Below are positions 59,898 through 64,000 of a stretch of 64,000 nt of DNA, piece after piece. The DNA is from Neocallimastix sp. 'constans' (Eukaryota): assembly GCA_050613775.1 (NCBI GenBank), contig JBODTK010000001.1, positions 186,001 through 250,000 on the forward strand, read 5' to 3'. Each line of letters begins with the position of its first letter. Positions within the stretch are counted from its first letter, which is position 1. The notes beneath the pieces were generated by a model that saw only the letters and a list, made by a program, of their open reading frames with translations, ran no database searches and was not told the origin of the DNA. The position numbers and the translations under genes are program-made.

Positions 59898-61769
59898 TTA
59901 ACCCCAAATCTTAGAACATCTTTCATTAATAGCTTGGCATTCAGTAAGTAAGGCTTCAGACCATGGCTTCTGCCAGCATGCATTTAATTCAGCATAACAA
60001 GCATCTGATTTCTTTTGTTTGCAACTCCAATCATCAAAAGCACAATCACTTCCACTTGGTTGTTGAGTTGGTTGAGTTGGTTGAGATGGTTGGTTTTGTG
60101 GTAAAGTCTTTGGAGAACCAGTGTTTGGAAGAGTCTTTGTTTTTGGAAGAGTTTTAGCATTTGGAAGAGTCTTAGTAGCACCAGTGTTTGGAAGAGTTTT
60201 AGCGTTTGGAAGAGTCTTAGTAGCACCAGTGTTTGGAAGAGTTTTAGCATTTGGAAGGGTCTTAGTAGCACCAGTGTTTGGAAGAGTCTTTGTTTTTGGA
60301 AGAGTTTTAGCATTTGGAAGAGTCTTAGTAGCACCAGTGTTTGGAAGAGTTTTAGCATTTGGAAGAGTCTTAGTAGCACCGGTGTTTGGAAGAGTTTTAG
60401 CATTTGGAAGAGTCTTAGTAGCACCGGTGTTTGGAAGAGTTTTAGCATTTGGAAGAGTCTTAGTAGCACCGGTGTTTGGAAGAGTTTTAGCATTTGGAAG
60501 AGTCTTAGTAGCACCAGTGTTTGGAAGAGTTTTAGCATTTGGAAGAGTCTTAGTAGCACCAGTATTTGGAAGAGTTTTAGCATTTGGAAGAGTCTTAGTA
60601 GCACCAGTGTTTGGAAGAGTCTTTGTTTTTGGAAGAGTTTTAGCATTTGGAAGGGTCTTAGTAGCACCAGTGTTTGGAAGAGTTTTAGCGTTTGGAAGAG
60701 TCTTAGTAGCACCAGTGTTTGGAAGAGTCTTAGCGTTTGGAAGAGTCTTAGTAGCACCAGTATTTGGAAGAGTTTTAGCATTTGGAAGAGTCTTAGTAGC
60801 ACCAGTATTTGGAAGAGTTTTAGCATTTGGAAGAGTCTTAGTAGCACCAGTGTTTGGAAGAGTCTTTGTTTTTGGAAGAGTTTTAGCATTTGGAAGGGTC
60901 TTAGTAGCACCAGTGTTTGGAAGAGTTTTAGCGTTTGGAAGAGTCTTAGTAGCACCAGTGTTTGGAAGAGTCTTAGCGTTTGGAAGAGTCTTAGTAGCAC
61001 CAGTATTTGGAAGAGTTTTAGCATTTGGAAGAGTCTTAGTAGCACCAGTGTTTGGAAGAGTCTTTGTTTTTGGAAGAGTTTTAGCATTTGGAAGGGTCTT
61101 AGTAGCACCAGTGTTTGGAAGAGTTTTAGCGTTTGGAAGAGTCTTAGTAGCACCAGTGTTTGGAAGAGTCTTAGCGTTTGGAAGAGTCTTAGTAGCACCA
61201 GTGTTTGGAAGAGTCTTAGCGTTTGGAAGAGTCTTAGAAGCACCAGTGTTTGGAAGAGTCTTTGTTTTTGGAAGAGTTTTAGCGTTTGGAAGAGTCTTAG
61301 TAGCACCAGTGTTTGGAAGAGTCTTAGCGTTTGGAAGAGTCTTTGAAGCGACATTGTTTGGAAGAGTCTTAGTAGCGCCGGTATTTGGAAGAGTTTTAGC
61401 ATTTGGAAGAGTCTTTGAAGCGACATTATTTGGAAGAGTCTTAGTGGCTCCGGTGTTTGGAAGAGTTTTAGCATTTGGAAGAGTCTTTGAAGCACCAGTG
61501 TTTGGAAGAGTCTTAACGTTTGGAAGAGTCTTTGAGGCTACATTGTTTGGAAGAGTCTTTGAGGCACCAGTGTTTGGAAGAGTCTTAACATTTGGAAGAG
61601 TCTTTGAAGCGACATTGTTTGGAAGAGTCTTTGAAGCACCAGTGTTTGGAAGAGTCTTAACGTTTGGAAGAGTCTTAACGTTTGGAAGAGTCTTAGTGGC
61701 AGCTTCTGAACTTTCAGCCTGGAAAGCTAAAGCAATAACACATGCTAATAATACCTTACTGAATTTCAT
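59898..61769 (-). CDS. Secreted KTLP-repeat protein, paralog 2 (623 aa): signal peptide, ~535-aa KTLP array, Q/P/T linker, C-terminal 6-Cys domain
   Basis: Intronless ORF. MKFSKVLLACVIALAFQAESSEA is signal-peptide-like. Units KTLPNA, KTLPNTGAT, KTLPNNVAS, KTLPKT. Ends DCAFDDWSCKQKKSDACYAELNACWQKPWSEALLTECQAINERCSKIWG. Confidence 0.92.
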   Translation of the reverse strand: MKFSKVLLACVIALAFQAESSEAATKTLPNVKTLPNVKTLPNTGASKTLPNNVASKTLPNVKTLPNTGASKTLPNNVASKTLPNVKTLPNTGASKTLPNAKTLPNTGATKTLPNNVASKTLPNAKTLPNTGATKTLPNNVASKTLPNAKTLPNTGATKTLPNAKTLPKTKTLPNTGASKTLPNAKTLPNTGATKTLPNAKTLPNTGATKTLPNAKTLPNTGATKTLPNAKTLPKTKTLPNTGATKTLPNAKTLPNTGATKTLPNAKTLPNTGATKTLPNAKTLPNTGATKTLPNAKTLPKTKTLPNTGATKTLPNAKTLPNTGATKTLPNAKTLPNTGATKTLPNAKTLPNTGATKTLPNAKTLPNTGATKTLPNAKTLPKTKTLPNTGATKTLPNAKTLPNTGATKTLPNAKTLPNTGATKTLPNAKTLPNTGATKTLPNAKTLPNTGATKTLPNAKTLPNTGATKTLPNAKTLPNTGATKTLPNAKTLPKTKTLPNTGATKTLPNAKTLPNTGATKTLPNAKTLPNTGATKTLPNAKTLPKTKTLPNTGSPKTLPQNQPSQPTQPTQQPSGSDCAFDDWSCKQKKSDACYAELNACWQKPWSEALLTECQAINERCSKIWG

Positions 61770-63901
61770 TTTCTTTTATTGATAAATTTAAAATTGTAAA
61801 TATAAATATATGTTTTATACTATTAAAATCTATTTAATAAATATAATTAAATTTTTTTTTTTTGTTTTTTGTTTTAATTTTTTAGATTTATTATTTTTAT
61901 TTAATATTATTAAATCTAATAATTCTTTTATAAAATTATTATAAGATTATATCAAATAATCCTTTATTTAATTATATAAAAGATGTTCTTAAGTTAATAA
62001 TTAACTTTAAAAAAAAAAAAAAAAAGGTAATTTTTATTCATTTATATACTAAATTTTTTTAATATAAATAACTATATTAAAAAATACTTTCAAATATATT
62101 AAAAATATATATATATAAAAAAATAAAAAATTAATGTTAATACAAAAATATAAAAGATGAAACTTAATTTTCTTATTATTTCACGGTTTTAATAAATGAA
62201 CATTAAATCAATAATTAAATTCTACCTGCTTTGTTTTTGTTTTTGTTTTTGTTTTTGTTTTATGTTCTTATAATACATTATAATATATAGATGACATATA
62301 TTAACTGAATTATTTATTATTTAATAATTGTATTGAATCAAATTTTATTTATTAAAATTTATTTATTAATAGTTATTATTAAAATTTATTATTAAAATTT
62401 ATTTATTAATAGTTATTATTAAAATTATTAAAAGTTATTTGTTCAAATGTATATTAAATTTTTTTTTAATTTGATAAAAAAAAAAAAAAACTTTAATAAG
62501 CTATATTTGTTATTGAAAATAAATTAAAATTTTTGTCACACAAATCATCCTTATCTTATCTTATTCTTATTTATTTTTTTATTTTATTTTTTATATTATT
62601 TTATTTTTTATTTAGGAATGAACTTTATTCTTATTTATTTTTTTATTTTATTTTTTATTTAATTTAATTTTAGGAATGAACTTTATTCTTATTTATTTTA
62701 TATTTTATTTTTTATTTAGGAATGAATTGATTTCACAATTTGCTATTGCTAAATTTGCTATTGCTAAATTTGTCAGTTAGTAAATGTCTATCAAAGGCAT
62801 GTCTCTCATTATAATTATCAATATAATTATATCAATATATAAAACGTTAAGAGGCAGTATTAATAATATAATTTTTTCTTTTCTTTATTAATTTTATTGT
62901 ATAAATATATATATTTTTTTATTTCGTTATGTATAAATGTATTCTTTTAATATGATAAATGCTTTATAACAGTTTTTTTTTTTTTTTTTTACTTTTATTT
63001 ATTTATTTTATTTATAATAAAAAAGAATTAATAATATTAAAAATTTAATAATATTTATATTTTTTATTAATATAATCATATATTTTTAAAGGATATTTAT
63101 TAACTAATACATTTAAAATAAAATAAAAAAAAATAATAATAATTTTAAATTATTATTTTAAATATATATATATATATATATAAAAGTGAACCCAAAAGAT
63201 ATAACGATTAAATATATTTATGGTAATTGTTGACTTCATAAAAATAACCGCAGTGATCATTACTTTTAAAATATATATATATATATATAAATAGATATTA
63301 TATAAATAGATATTATGTAAAACCTTTATTATTGGATATAATTATATGAAGTTCAAACAAACGAATAAATCAATTCTATTATATTCTATTTCATTTCATT
63401 TTCATTTTCATTTTTATTTTTATTCTATTTCATTTTTATTTTTATTTTATTTTTATTTCTTTAAAATGTAGAAAACAAATTTCAAATGTTTTATGAAAAT
63501 TAACCTATAAAATTTTATATGTGAATTTTAATTTATAATAAATTAATTTTAATTTATCATATGAACTTTTAGTAGCTATTTTTGATTAATTCAATTTTAT
63601 ATTATTTTATTTTATTAATGTGAACTTTATATCTATTATTTATTATTCATTATTTATTATTTATTATTTATTATTCCATTATTTATTATTAATAAATACT
63701 TATTTTATTTAGTTATTTTTTATTTATTATTCAAATATTTAATTATTTATTATTTATCATTTATTAATAAAAAAATAATTGCTATGACATTTTTAATATT
63801 TTCAAATAATTATTATTTATTTTTTAATTAATATTTTATTTGATTTATTAAAAGTTTTGATATTTTTTATATTTTCATCATAATATTAATTATTATCGTT
63901 A

Positions 63902-63949
<48 letters not shown>

Positions 63950-64000
63950 GTTATTTGTTATTTGTTATTTATTTATTTATTTATATTTTTTATAGAATTT

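Overview
This is an extremely AT-rich, homopolymer-laden eukaryotic window. It most likely comes from an anaerobic gut fungus (Neocallimastigomycota), inferred from the composition, the GH11 xylanase sequence and the KTLP repeats. Genes: (1) the 3' end of a GH11 xylanase with a Trp/Asn-rich tail (1-465, +); (2) a ~1980-aa, 7-exon, low-complexity gene with JHY-like ciliary motifs (1040-8899, -); (3) a CBM48/AMPK-type glycogen-binding-domain protein (15588-16319, -); (4) an intronless, bacterial-looking alpha/beta hydrolase (50987-51862, -); (5) two paralogous secreted proteins built of a signal peptide, a long KTLP tandem-repeat array and a conserved C-terminal 6-Cys module I cannot assign to any known family (37553-39715 and 59898-61769, both -). 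These two are the most interesting features. Mobile DNA: two decayed Ty1/copia elements, one locally inverted and abutting an ankyrin-repeat fragment; a Ty3/gypsy-like element with a very long pre-capsid ORF that breaks mid-RT into a ~3.15-kb inverted duplication of itself; scattered LINE relics; and several mini/microsatellites. All family assignments come from motifs recognised by eye; no searches were run.
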